From NCBI GenBank assembly GCA_963666735.1, contig OY762926.1:256001-320000 (forward strand): a stretch of 64,000 bases of DNA, read 5' to 3'. The notes beneath the pieces are model-generated. The model had not been told where the DNA came from. It saw only the letters and a program-made list of their open reading frames with translations, and ran no database searches. The number at the start of each line of letters is the position of its first letter. Positions within the stretch are counted from its first letter, which is position 1. Origin of the DNA: Gemmatimonadota bacterium (lineage in GTDB: Bacteria; Gemmatimonadota; Gemmatimonadetes; Palauibacterales; Palauibacteraceae). Made by a program: the position numbers and the translations under genes. This document shows positions 39,542-48,717 of this stretch, one piece after another.

Positions 39542-39847
39542 TTGAACCGCGCGAAGGTTGGACTCGGGATGCTGCTGATCGCCCTGTTCGTCGTGTTGCC
39601 GCTATCGGCATCGGCGACGGAGGCCGAGACGACTGCACCCGGCACCACTGTCATCGACGTGGCGGTAGTAGGATGTGAGACTACCGTCGACGAAGGGGGC
39701 GAGATCGTTTCGATGTGCCCGTCCGGCATCATCGATGCGATTGTCGAAGAGGCGCGGGAAGCGTGTGACGGCGATGTCGCTGTCGAGATCGTCACGTGTT
39801 TTCATCTGAGCGGCGGGTGGTACAAGATTCGCGTGAACTTCGCGTGA
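39542..39847 (+). CDS. Small secreted hypothetical protein with four Cys
   Basis: Signal peptide (LLIALFVVLPLSASA), acidic mature region; start approximate. Confidence 0.55.
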   Translation: MNRAKVGLGMLLIALFVVLPLSASATEAETTAPGTTVIDVAVVGCETTVDEGGEIVSMCPSGIIDAIVEEAREACDGDVAVEIVTCFHLSGGWYKIRVNFA

Positions 39848-39854
39848 ACATCGA

Positions 39855-40934
39855 GTGCGTGCGATAGCGATGCTGCGCGCATCAATGGCGCTTGTCTCCT
39901 TGGTCTGGGCGAGTTCCGCTACCGCCCAGACCAAGGAACTGCAGCTGGTTGAGGAGCTGCGGTTGGGCAGTATCGATGGATCGAAAGCCGATATGTTCGG
40001 CGACATTCATGATATGGCAGTCGATCCCGATGGTCGCATCTACGTGATCGATACGGCCATGAAGAGCGTACGGTTATTCGGCCGCGATGGACGACTCATT
40101 CGTCAGTTCGCGCCCAAAGGAGATGGGCCGGGTGAGCGGCGGCACCGGCGGATGTCGTCATTTTCTGGTCCCGCCCGCGTGACTTGGGACAAGAACCGCG
40201 GCTGGCTCTGGATCGATGATGGATATCAGTTCCAGATAATGGATTCATTGGGTGTGGAGTACAGGCGGGAGGTGCGAACCGGAACTCTGAATGAGAACCC
40301 GAATGATCCAGTCGGAAAGCTGATGGCTGTCGATACGCAGGGTCGCATCTACGAGTATCAACGTGACTACCAACCCGGAGCCTCCGGGGATTCATCATTC
40401 TCATACATCGCTCGTGGCGTGGCCACACCGGACTACGGAACGAGATATCGCGATACGCTTGTGATCGATGCGCGGCTTCTTGTGACCGAAGGTACGCAGA
40501 CCAATATGCGAACGGTTGGTAGAGTACTGGCAACCGTGGCAATGACAACCAAACGGCCGGAGCGTGCTGAACGAATATGGACGGTCTCACCCGATGGTGC
40601 GATCTGGATCGCCGATAGCCAGGAACGCCGTATCCATGAACTAGGGTTTGCGGGTGATACGATTCGTACGCTCGATGTTGGTTTTGGCATAGCTGAGCTT
40701 GACGTGTCGCCAGAAGGCTGGGTCTGGGTTCGGTACGCGACCGAAGGAGAATCGACCTGGGATCTGATCGACGACTGCGGAGTGTCGCGCGGTTCCGTTT
40801 CGGTCCCGCAACCTGTTTCCGTAACGGAGGTTGGTTCCGGCGGCACCGTTCACGTGGTGTCGGCGGACGAACTCGACATCGAGTACATCATGCGCCTGCA
40901 ACTCAAGGGCGAGGCCGTCACGCGGATCTGCTGA
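39855..40934 (+). CDS. Secreted 6-bladed beta-propeller protein
   Basis: Signal peptide; EELRLGSIDG, FGDIHDMAVDPDGRIYVID, GDGPGE. Confidence 0.78.
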   Translation: MRAIAMLRASMALVSLVWASSATAQTKELQLVEELRLGSIDGSKADMFGDIHDMAVDPDGRIYVIDTAMKSVRLFGRDGRLIRQFAPKGDGPGERRHRRMSSFSGPARVTWDKNRGWLWIDDGYQFQIMDSLGVEYRREVRTGTLNENPNDPVGKLMAVDTQGRIYEYQRDYQPGASGDSSFSYIARGVATPDYGTRYRDTLVIDARLLVTEGTQTNMRTVGRVLATVAMTTKRPERAERIWTVSPDGAIWIADSQERRIHELGFAGDTIRTLDVGFGIAELDVSPEGWVWVRYATEGESTWDLIDDCGVSRGSVSVPQPVSVTEVGSGGTVHVVSADELDIEYIMRLQLKGEAVTRIC

Positions 40935-41105
40935 GTATTGGGCTACCCCGGCCTCTTCCAACCGAATGGCCATTTCCGGCGGAATCGCAGCGCGGGATGC
41001 TCCGGACAAGCAAGCGCCGGTCCCCCGCGCGGGGAGCTTCCGAAACCAAACGGGCCGCCCTATCGTTACTGGCCAGCAGGTGGAACTACGGCGCCGGGGG
41101 CCCGA

Positions 41106-43709
41106 ATGATCCGGATGCTGCGCGACAGGCAGGCCTGCCGCTTTCTCCGCGGCCGCCGGCTGGGCTGTGCTCTGCGCGGCCTGGTTCGGCAGGGTTTGAG
41201 CCTTACGACCGCTCTGGCGTCGAGCGCGATTGCGCTCGGTGGGCAGGCCGGCTCCTTCGGCAGTTCGATGCTGGTCCACGAGGGCCAGATTTTCATCGCC
41301 GAACCCAACCCCACCTTCCGCGCCGGCGCGGTATACATTTACGAGGAGACGACTGGCGCGGGGCGCGAGCCCTACGTATTGCGGGCACCGGACTTCGAGC
41401 GCGGGGACGGGTTCGGTACGGCCCTTGCGCGGGTCGGGAACTCGCTCTTCGTCGGACAGCGGGGTGGGCCGCTGCACGTATTCGAGCGGGGCGACGGAGG
41501 CGAGTGGATCCCGGCCGGACGGATCGAGGACGAAGGCGTGCGCGGGATCGAGCCGAGATGCAACGACTTCGGCTACTGCAATGCGGACTTCGGTCTGACG
41601 CTCGCGGGCCGGGACGGATGGCTGTTTGTGGGCGCGCCGGGTTGGGCCCCGGGCACGGGCCGGCCGAGAGAATACGCGCAAGGCGTCGTCCACATCTATC
41701 GGCGGGACGAGAACGGCCGGTGGGTTCACCGGTCGAAGCTCCAGGGGAGCGCGGGCTCGGAGCGCGACCGGTTCGGCGCCGCGGTCGCCTTCACGCCCCA
41801 TGGCGTGCTGGTCGGCTCTCCCGGAGCGGATGAGTGGGCGCTTGCGGCGCGGGGGCATGTGGCCCGGCGCCAGGAAGAACGCCAGCGGCGCCGGCGCGGG
41901 GATCCGCCGCCGCAGAGCCGCGATGATGTCGGTCTGGTCTACGAATTCCGCTTGGGCGCAGACGGATGGCGGGAGGTCGCAGTGCTCGAATCCCCTGCCG
42001 AAGCCAACGGCAGATTCGGGTCCGCCATTGCGGCCGCGAATGGACGGATCCTGGTTGGCGCGCCGGGCACCGACAACGATCGCGGCGCCGTCTACGCGTA
42101 TTCCCGGGACGAGATCGTGGACCGGTGGATTCCGGAGGACGGACGGCTGGCGGTCCCGGAAGGTGAGAGTGGCGACCTCTTCGGCGCGGCGGTGGCCTTC
42201 GCCGGAAGCGACATCTGGGTCGGGGCTCCCACGGAGCGCGGCTACGAGAACGGCGCGGTGTACGTGTACGAAGCCGGCGGCGACGGAGGCCGGTCGACAC
42301 TGCCCGGCGGCATGGAACTCCCCCATGCGGAGACAGTGCAGCGCGCTCGGTATGGCGCTCTGATCACGGCGCAAGACGACGTTGTGGCCATCGGCGCGCC
42401 CGGCCTGAACCACAGATTCGGGGCCGTGCACGTGTGGCGGCGCGGTTCGGAGGACAGTTGGGATGACGCAGGTCTGCTCATCAGCGCCCCCGACGCGATC
42501 GGCTCTCTGCTCGGCGAAGAACTCCGATGCTCCGACGGGAAGGTTGGCCCGTTCGACTGCGACCGGGTCGACCTGCTGTCGTTCTTCCCCAACTCGATGT
42601 TGAAGGCGGACGGGCGTGCCCATGGCGTACACACGAACGACATATGGGGCTGGACAGACCCCCTTGACGGACGGGAGTATGCGCTGGTCGGACGCGTTGA
42701 CGGCACCTCCTTCGTCGACGTCACGGATCCGTCGAATCCGGTGCTGGTGGGGGATCTCCCCAAACCTCCGGGCACCCCGCCGTCACAGCTTTGGCGGGAC
42801 ATCAAGACGTACCGGAACTACGCGTACATCGTGGCCGACGGGACTGCCGACTACGGAATGCAGATCTTCGACCTCACACGCCTGCGCGACGTGTCCGAGC
42901 GTGAGAGGCCCGCCCTCTTCGAGCCGGACGCCCACTATCTCGAATTCGCGGGTTCGCACAACATCGTGATCAACGAGGAGACCGGATACGCCTACGCGGT
43001 GGGGAACAGCGGCCCCCGCGAGAACTGCGGTGGCGGTCTCCACATGATCGACCTAAGCGACCCCCGTAACCCCGAGTTCCTCGGCTGCGGCCCGACTCGC
43101 CGCATCCACGATTCGCAGTGTGCGGTCTACCGGGGCCCCGACGAGCGGTACCGCGGACGCGAGCTGTGCTTGAATTCGTCAGGAGACGCCTTCGAGATAT
43201 CCGACGTGACCGACAAGATCCATCCGGTGAGCGTGGCCAGCGCTTCATCGCCGAGAGCGGCCTACATCCACCAGGGCTGGCTCACACCCGACCACCGCTA
43301 CTTCTACCAGAACGACGAACTCGACGTCCTCGACGGCAGCGCGGAGACCACGCGGACGTTGATCTGGGATGTCGCCGATGTCGAAGACCCGATTCTGGTG
43401 AACCAGTTCATGGGTTCCTTCCCTGCGAGCGCCCACAACCACTACCCGAAGGACGGTCTGTTGTACCAGGCGAACTACCGCCACGGCCTGCAGGTCCTCG
43501 ACATTGCGGACCCCGAGAATCCAGAGGAAGCGGGATTCTTCGACACTGCGCCCTACCACGACGGTCCGGGGCTGAGTGGCGCCTGGGGCGTCTATCCGTT
43601 CTTCGAAAGCGGCACGGTAATCGTGACCAGCATGCAGGAAGGGCTGTTCGTGCTCAGGAAGCGGGAAGGGCCGGGAGTGGGCGCCCGGCCCCTTGCACGG
43701 CCACGCTGA
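41106..43709 (+). CDS. Choice-of-anchor B family protein with FG-GAP repeats
   Basis: Repeated FG.A.A..VGAP; NDIWGWTDP..EYALVG, WRDIKTY, YIHQGWLT, GAWGVYPFF; start approximate. Confidence 0.88.
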   Translation: MIRMLRDRQACRFLRGRRLGCALRGLVRQGLSLTTALASSAIALGGQAGSFGSSMLVHEGQIFIAEPNPTFRAGAVYIYEETTGAGREPYVLRAPDFERGDGFGTALARVGNSLFVGQRGGPLHVFERGDGGEWIPAGRIEDEGVRGIEPRCNDFGYCNADFGLTLAGRDGWLFVGAPGWAPGTGRPREYAQGVVHIYRRDENGRWVHRSKLQGSAGSERDRFGAAVAFTPHGVLVGSPGADEWALAARGHVARRQEERQRRRRGDPPPQSRDDVGLVYEFRLGADGWREVAVLESPAEANGRFGSAIAAANGRILVGAPGTDNDRGAVYAYSRDEIVDRWIPEDGRLAVPEGESGDLFGAAVAFAGSDIWVGAPTERGYENGAVYVYEAGGDGGRSTLPGGMELPHAETVQRARYGALITAQDDVVAIGAPGLNHRFGAVHVWRRGSEDSWDDAGLLISAPDAIGSLLGEELRCSDGKVGPFDCDRVDLLSFFPNSMLKADGRAHGVHTNDIWGWTDPLDGREYALVGRVDGTSFVDVTDPSNPVLVGDLPKPPGTPPSQLWRDIKTYRNYAYIVADGTADYGMQIFDLTRLRDVSERERPALFEPDAHYLEFAGSHNIVINEETGYAYAVGNSGPRENCGGGLHMIDLSDPRNPEFLGCGPTRRIHDSQCAVYRGPDERYRGRELCLNSSGDAFEISDVTDKIHPVSVASASSPRAAYIHQGWLTPDHRYFYQNDELDVLDGSAETTRTLIWDVADVEDPILVNQFMGSFPASAHNHYPKDGLLYQANYRHGLQVLDIADPENPEEAGFFDTAPYHDGPGLSGAWGVYPFFESGTVIVTSMQEGLFVLRKREGPGVGARPLARPR

Positions 43710-43715
43710 CGGGCC

Positions 43716-44729
43716 TCACGATGCCCCGCCCGCGAGACGTTGCGCGAAGGTCTGGGGCGTCGCGTTGAAGCGGGTCCGGCACCCTTCGCAGCAGAAGTAG
43801 ACGGACTGGCCTTCGAATGCCGAGGAGGGAGATCCGGCCACCGGGACGGTCATCCCGCACACGGGATCGATCGCTTCCGCCTCGGTCGCCTCGGCGTCCC
43901 TCGACGTGTTACCGGACGCGTTTCCGCGTTCGACGGCTTCCGACTCCCTGGGTTGCGCCTCGAGTTGGACGATCTCGGCGAGGATGCTGACGGCGATCTC
44001 CTCGGGGCTCTCGGCTCCGATGTCGAGGCCGGCGGGGCCCCGCACGCGGGAGATCTCGCCGGCGTCGACTCCGTGCCCCGCCAGCACGCGGCGGACCTCC
44101 TCCATGCGGGTGGGGGAGGCGATCACGCCGAGATAGTTCGGCGCGGCGGTCGCCAACTCCGCGAGCGAGCGCTCGTCACGCCGCCCCATGGTGGCGACGA
44201 CCCCGTACAGCTTCCATCCGCGGGGGCGTTCGGCGTAGCGTGCCGCCGTCTCCGCGAGGTCGTCCACGACCTCATCGGCCGCCTCCGCCAGAGCCTCGTC
44301 CCCGGTGCCCTCGGCCACGGTCGCGTATCCCATCGCGCCGCCAAGGCGCACGAGCGCGAGGGCGACGGGCGAACTTCCCGCCACGATGAGGACGGGAGCC
44401 GGAAGAACCGGATTCACATGCACTTCCACCTTCCCTCCGCTGCTGCAGGACATGGGCACGGGGACGAGATCGTCGGGGCGCCCGGGACCCGAACCGAAGG
44501 CGAGAAGCCTCGGCTCGCCCTGGTCCAGGGTCTCCAGCGCGTGGCGGATCACCTCCGACCGGGTGCAGCTGCCGCCGATCCAGCCGTGCATGACTCCGTC
44601 CGCCGAGACCAGCGCCATGTTGCCCGGCTTGCCGCTCGTGGGGCGCTCGCTCCGCACCACCGTGGCGAGCGCGTACGGCCGGCGCTCGGCCGCCATCCGC
44701 CCCGCGAGATCGAGCAGGTCGCGATTCAC
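43716..44729 (-). CDS. xdhC: XdhC/CoxF family accessory protein with C-terminal YHS domain
   Basis: GWIGGSC, MSCSSGG, GPAGLDIGAESPEEIAVSILAEI; DPVCGM..YFCCEGC. Confidence 0.9.
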   Translation of the reverse strand: MNRDLLDLAGRMAAERRPYALATVVRSERPTSGKPGNMALVSADGVMHGWIGGSCTRSEVIRHALETLDQGEPRLLAFGSGPGRPDDLVPVPMSCSSGGKVEVHVNPVLPAPVLIVAGSSPVALALVRLGGAMGYATVAEGTGDEALAEAADEVVDDLAETAARYAERPRGWKLYGVVATMGRRDERSLAELATAAPNYLGVIASPTRMEEVRRVLAGHGVDAGEISRVRGPAGLDIGAESPEEIAVSILAEIVQLEAQPRESEAVERGNASGNTSRDAEATEAEAIDPVCGMTVPVAGSPSSAFEGQSVYFCCEGCRTRFNATPQTFAQRLAGGAS

Positions 44730-45385
44730 GGGACATCGCCGGAGCGGGAGCCGGCCCCCCGAAACGCCCGCCGCGCGGATTCGTACTCGTCGGGCCGGTC
44801 GAGGTCTCGCAGCCGGCCGGCGGGCCATTCCACGTGGACTGCCCGCTCGCGGTGGCGGCGCACGACTTCCCGCCCGCAGCCCGCCTTCATGCGCGACACC
44901 TCGCCGAAGAGGCCGCGGCCGTAGAGGATCGGCGGCGCGTTGACCTCGCCCCCGTAGCGCGATGCGACGAGCGGCGCGCCGGTCTCCGCGTGGCGCTCCA
45001 CCAGCGTGCGCACCATGCGAGCCGTGACGAACGGCATGTCGGGCAGCATCACGACGGCCGCCCCGCAAGCCGCCGGTACCGCGGCGACACCGCAGGCCAC
45101 GGAAGTCTGAATGCCGGTCGCGTGATCGGGGTTGAAGACCGGTGTGCAGGCGAGATCCTCGACCTCCCGTTCGACGGCTTTCCGGAAACGTCCCGTGACG
45201 AGGATGACGGGAGCCAGACCGGCCTCGCCCGCGAGACGGACGGCGCGGCGCACGAGCGTTTCGCCGCCGATGTCCAACAGGAGCTTGTTGCGCCGCATGC
45301 GGGTCGACGACCCGGCGGCCAGCACGATCCCCGCGATTCCGGGTTCAGCGATCCTGGGTTCAGCTATCCCGCGCTCATCGGACAT
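44726..45385 (-). CDS. mocA: Molybdenum cofactor cytidylyltransferase-like nucleotidyltransferase
   Basis: LAAGSSTRMRRNKLLL, LPDMPFV, DLDRPDE. Confidence 0.85.
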   Translation of the reverse strand: MSDERGIAEPRIAEPGIAGIVLAAGSSTRMRRNKLLLDIGGETLVRRAVRLAGEAGLAPVILVTGRFRKAVEREVEDLACTPVFNPDHATGIQTSVACGVAAVPAACGAAVVMLPDMPFVTARMVRTLVERHAETGAPLVASRYGGEVNAPPILYGRGLFGEVSRMKAGCGREVVRRHRERAVHVEWPAGRLRDLDRPDEYESARRAFRGAGSRSGDVP

Positions 45386-45458
45386 GGGCTCCAGAATAGA
45401 CCGGTGCCGGACACCGCCGCGAGCCCGACCGCGCTTGGGAAACGCCCTGCGGGGGCTC

Positions 45459-46391
45459 CTACGGTGCGCGACGTCGCCGGCGCCCCGCGAGGCCGCGCGC
45501 CACGGCGACACCCGACAGAATCACGGCGGCGCCCGCCAGTTGCTGCACAGTGGGTGTCTCGCCCAGCCACATCCACCCCGTGGCGAGCGCGATCACCGGG
45601 ACGAGATTCTGGTACACCGCCGTCCGGCTCTGCCCGATCGTGCGCACGCCCCGCGACCACAACAGGTAGGCGATCGCGATCCCGAAGATCCCCGTGTACG
45701 CCGTCCCGAGCCAGATCCCCACCGGGACCGCACTCCAGTCCACCCGCATAAGGTCCGGGATTCCCGCAAGGATGATGAAGGGAAGGGAGGCCCAGATCGT
45801 CCACGCCGTCACCTCCAGCGCCCCGCGCCGCTTCGTCAGACGCCGCCCGAAAACGGTGAAGGCCGCCCACGAGAGCGCGGCTCCGAGGACGAGCAAGTCC
45901 CCGAGGCCGGCCCCGCCGACCTCCTGGTTGCCGCCGGTGATGAGAATCGCCATGCCGGCCAGCGTCGCGACGACGCCGAACAGGATCGCGAAGCTGAAGC
46001 GCTCACGCCCCAGCGCGGAGGCGATGAGGAGCACCCACACGGGACTCGTGGAGAGGAGCAGCGCCGCGTTCCCGGTCAGCGTCAGGTCGATCCCGTAGAT
46101 GAAGGCGGCCTGGAAGACCACGTGTCCCACCAGGCCGAGCCCCAGCACCCGCATCCACTCGCTCCGCGGCGGGAGGACCGGGCGCCCCGTGGCCCGGAGC
46201 AGGAACAGGACCGCCACCGCCGCGAACGGGAAGCGCAGGGCGTTGAACGCGAGCGGATCGAACCAGCGCAGGATGATCTTCACGACGGAGAAGTTGATGC
46301 CCCAGATGATCGCCGTGAGCAGGAGCCCGAGATCCACCGTGAGATCGCCCGGACGCCGCCGGTCGCTCCGGCTACCCTTCGAGTTCGTCAA
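45459..46391 (-). CDS. DMT/EamA family transporter
   Basis: IWGINFSVVK, ALRF, two EamA repeats, LGET; start approximate. Confidence 0.9.
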   Translation of the reverse strand: MTNSKGSRSDRRRPGDLTVDLGLLLTAIIWGINFSVVKIILRWFDPLAFNALRFPFAAVAVLFLLRATGRPVLPPRSEWMRVLGLGLVGHVVFQAAFIYGIDLTLTGNAALLLSTSPVWVLLIASALGRERFSFAILFGVVATLAGMAILITGGNQEVGGAGLGDLLVLGAALSWAAFTVFGRRLTKRRGALEVTAWTIWASLPFIILAGIPDLMRVDWSAVPVGIWLGTAYTGIFGIAIAYLLWSRGVRTIGQSRTAVYQNLVPVIALATGWMWLGETPTVQQLAGAAVILSGVAVARGLAGRRRRRAP

Positions 46392-47068
46392 TCCGCAAGG
46401 CCGTGGGGGTGAGGAAAAAAGTGTCCCCGGCAGGAACCCGGGACCGGGACGGAATGGAGTATATTCCGAGGAGGCTCCGGGAGTCGAACGCACACGCCCT
46501 GGCGAAACGAGCGCCGCGATGTGCTCAGCCGCACGGCGAAGTGGGGATCCTCGAAGTAGGGCTGGATCATGCCGGCCGTGTGGTTGAGGAGGTGGCGCAC
46601 CGTGAGATCGGCGTGATTGGGCACCCGCGCGAACCAGTCCTCATCGCCGAGCCAGGTCGAGACCGGCGCATCGAGATCCAGCTCCCCGTTCATCGCCAAC
46701 TGCGGGGCGGCCGCGGCGACGTAGGTCTTCCCGATGCTGCCCGAGCCCATTCGCCTGTCCGGCGTCATCGGGATGTCGTCGTCCACGTCCGACTCGCCGG
46801 TGGCGAAGCCGAACACGCGCCCGTCCGGGAGGATGAACGCGGCCGTCGCCGCAGGGAAGTTCTCGCCGGTCTCCTGCGCCTGCGCCCAGGCGGCCTCAAG
46901 CTCGGCCCGAAAGCTCTCCACCAGCATCGCGGTCGCCTCCGGAGACAGCGACGGCTCCGTGCCAACCGCGGCATCCGGAGTCGAATCCGGCGCCGGCCCA
47001 CAGGCCAGGACGAAGCAGACGCCCAGGGCGGCCAGACGCGGATCGAAGAGTCGGGCAGCGTTCATCAT
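46388..47068 (-). pseudogene. Truncated serine hydrolase (beta-lactamase family lipoprotein)
   Basis: Lipobox VLAC, SIGK (SxxK), LLNHTAG; similarity stops near 46525, with no YxN or C-terminal half. Confidence 0.75.
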
Positions 47069-47098
47069 GGAAGGACCTCCCGTGTCGACGTGTCGGGT

Positions 47099-48409
47099 CT
47101 ACGGGCCGAGTGCTCCCAGCGGGATCACACTCACGCCGTCCGGACGAACATATCCGAAGCCGCGTTCGACGATAACAGCAAGGGCGGCGGGTTCACCGCA
47201 CCGGCCCGTATCCACTCGATCGGCGAACTTCAGGAGCGAGGACGCCGCCTCATCGATCCGGCCCAGGCCGAGCTTGATCTCGAAGGCCGCCCAGCGGCCG
47301 GGACCCGCGTCGACGATGGCGTCCACCTCGAGACCGGTGTGGTCCCGGTAGTGGCTTACGCTCGCGCCGAGGGCCTGGGCATAGACGCGCAAATCGCGGA
47401 TCACCATCGATTCGAAGAGGAAGCCGAACCAGGAAAAGTCGTGCAGGAGCTCTTCCGGCCCCGCGCCGAGTGCCGCTGCCGCAATGGACGGATCCACAAG
47501 GTGCCTCTTGGGGGAAGTATGAAGCCGCGAGCGTGACCTCAGGCGAGGCGCCCACGGCGGCTGGTCCTCCACAACCATCAGGCGTTCGAGGCTGGTGAGG
47601 TACGAACGCGCCGTGTGGCCCGTCATCGACGGTTGGTCCGGGCCGGAGACATCGCGGGCGATGGTTGCGAGAGAAGCGTACGTCGCGACGTTTCGAGCCA
47701 GCGACTGCATGAAGCGGTGGACTCGACCCGGGTCCCGCCGCACTCCATCAACGCGGCGCAGGTCGGCACGACAGATGTCGTCTACGTAGCCCCGATTCAC
47801 GCGCATCGACTCCGCGACCGACGATTGGAGATGCCCCGGCCAGCCACCCACGCAGACCATTTCAGCCAGGTCATGCACGGACAGGTCGGTCGACGGTTGG
47901 GAGATAGGCGCGCTCCCGAGCACGTTCGCGAGTGACACCTGGCCGGTGCTGTGCCCCAGCTCGAAGAGCGACATGGGGCGGAGGCGCAGCCGGAGGATTC
48001 GGCCGGCGCCGGTATGGCGCGTGACGTCATCGGGCGGAACGGCCGACCCGGTAAGGATGAAATGGCCCTTCCCGGAGCGCGCATCCACCGCGCGACGGAT
48101 GTGGTTCCAGATCACCGGGGCAGTCTGCCACTCATCGATTAGCCGAGGGGTGGCGCCTTCAAGCACCAGGTCGGGATTGACCAGGATCATGTCCCGGGCC
48201 GTTCGATCCACATCCAGGAAGACCTCGCTGGCCACCACGTGCCGGGCGGTCTCGGTCTTCCCGCAGGCGCGCGGACCTTCGACCAGCACTGCTCCGGCCG
48301 CGGCCAGGCACTCCCTCAATTCCCGATCGGCCACGCGATCGCGGTAGCCCCCGGCGTCGAGTCCACTCGCGCGCCCGCTCACATGCCGGAATTTGCGTTC
48401 CGCCGCCAC
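47099..48409 (-). CDS. AAA family ATPase with DUF4143
   Basis: EGPRACGKT, LIDEWQ, LTGSA, PKRHLVDPS, EVDAIV..AFEIKLG. Confidence 0.9.
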   Translation of the reverse strand: MAAERKFRHVSGRASGLDAGGYRDRVADRELRECLAAAGAVLVEGPRACGKTETARHVVASEVFLDVDRTARDMILVNPDLVLEGATPRLIDEWQTAPVIWNHIRRAVDARSGKGHFILTGSAVPPDDVTRHTGAGRILRLRLRPMSLFELGHSTGQVSLANVLGSAPISQPSTDLSVHDLAEMVCVGGWPGHLQSSVAESMRVNRGYVDDICRADLRRVDGVRRDPGRVHRFMQSLARNVATYASLATIARDVSGPDQPSMTGHTARSYLTSLERLMVVEDQPPWAPRLRSRSRLHTSPKRHLVDPSIAAAALGAGPEELLHDFSWFGFLFESMVIRDLRVYAQALGASVSHYRDHTGLEVDAIVDAGPGRWAAFEIKLGLGRIDEAASSLLKFADRVDTGRCGEPAALAVIVERGFGYVRPDGVSVIPLGALGP

Positions 48410-48490
48410 GTCCCCTCCTTCATCAGGTCTTGACTCCATGCCGACCGCCCCCGCAACACGCCCTGCCAGTGGTATGGAAGTAGCGGGAGA

Positions 48491-48553
48491 TAGACAGATT
48501 TTCAACGCCTACAGAAACAGATTTTCAACGCTTACATAGACAGATATCCGACG
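48491..48553. repeat. 23-bp tandem repeat (about 2.7 copies) between divergent genes
   Basis: TAGACAGATTTTCAACGCCTACA GAAACAGATTTTCAACGCTTACA TAGACAGATATCCGACG. Confidence 0.82.
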
Positions 48554-48717
48554 AAAACGGAAACGCAATCTCAGCTCTCCCCGGTAGGCCGCCGGTTCGT
48601 GGCCCTTCGGGGGCCGCTCACGCCGTGCGCTCCGGCCCCCCTTGTATTGCGCGGGTATCTCTGTCGTGCAGTATTCCGGGCGGAAGCACGTCATCTCCCC
48701 GTCTCCGAGGCAGTACC

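Noticed and set aside
48491..48553. CRISPR array
   Set aside because: Repeats are contiguous without spacers and no cas genes are present; the same applies to the 15-bp arrays
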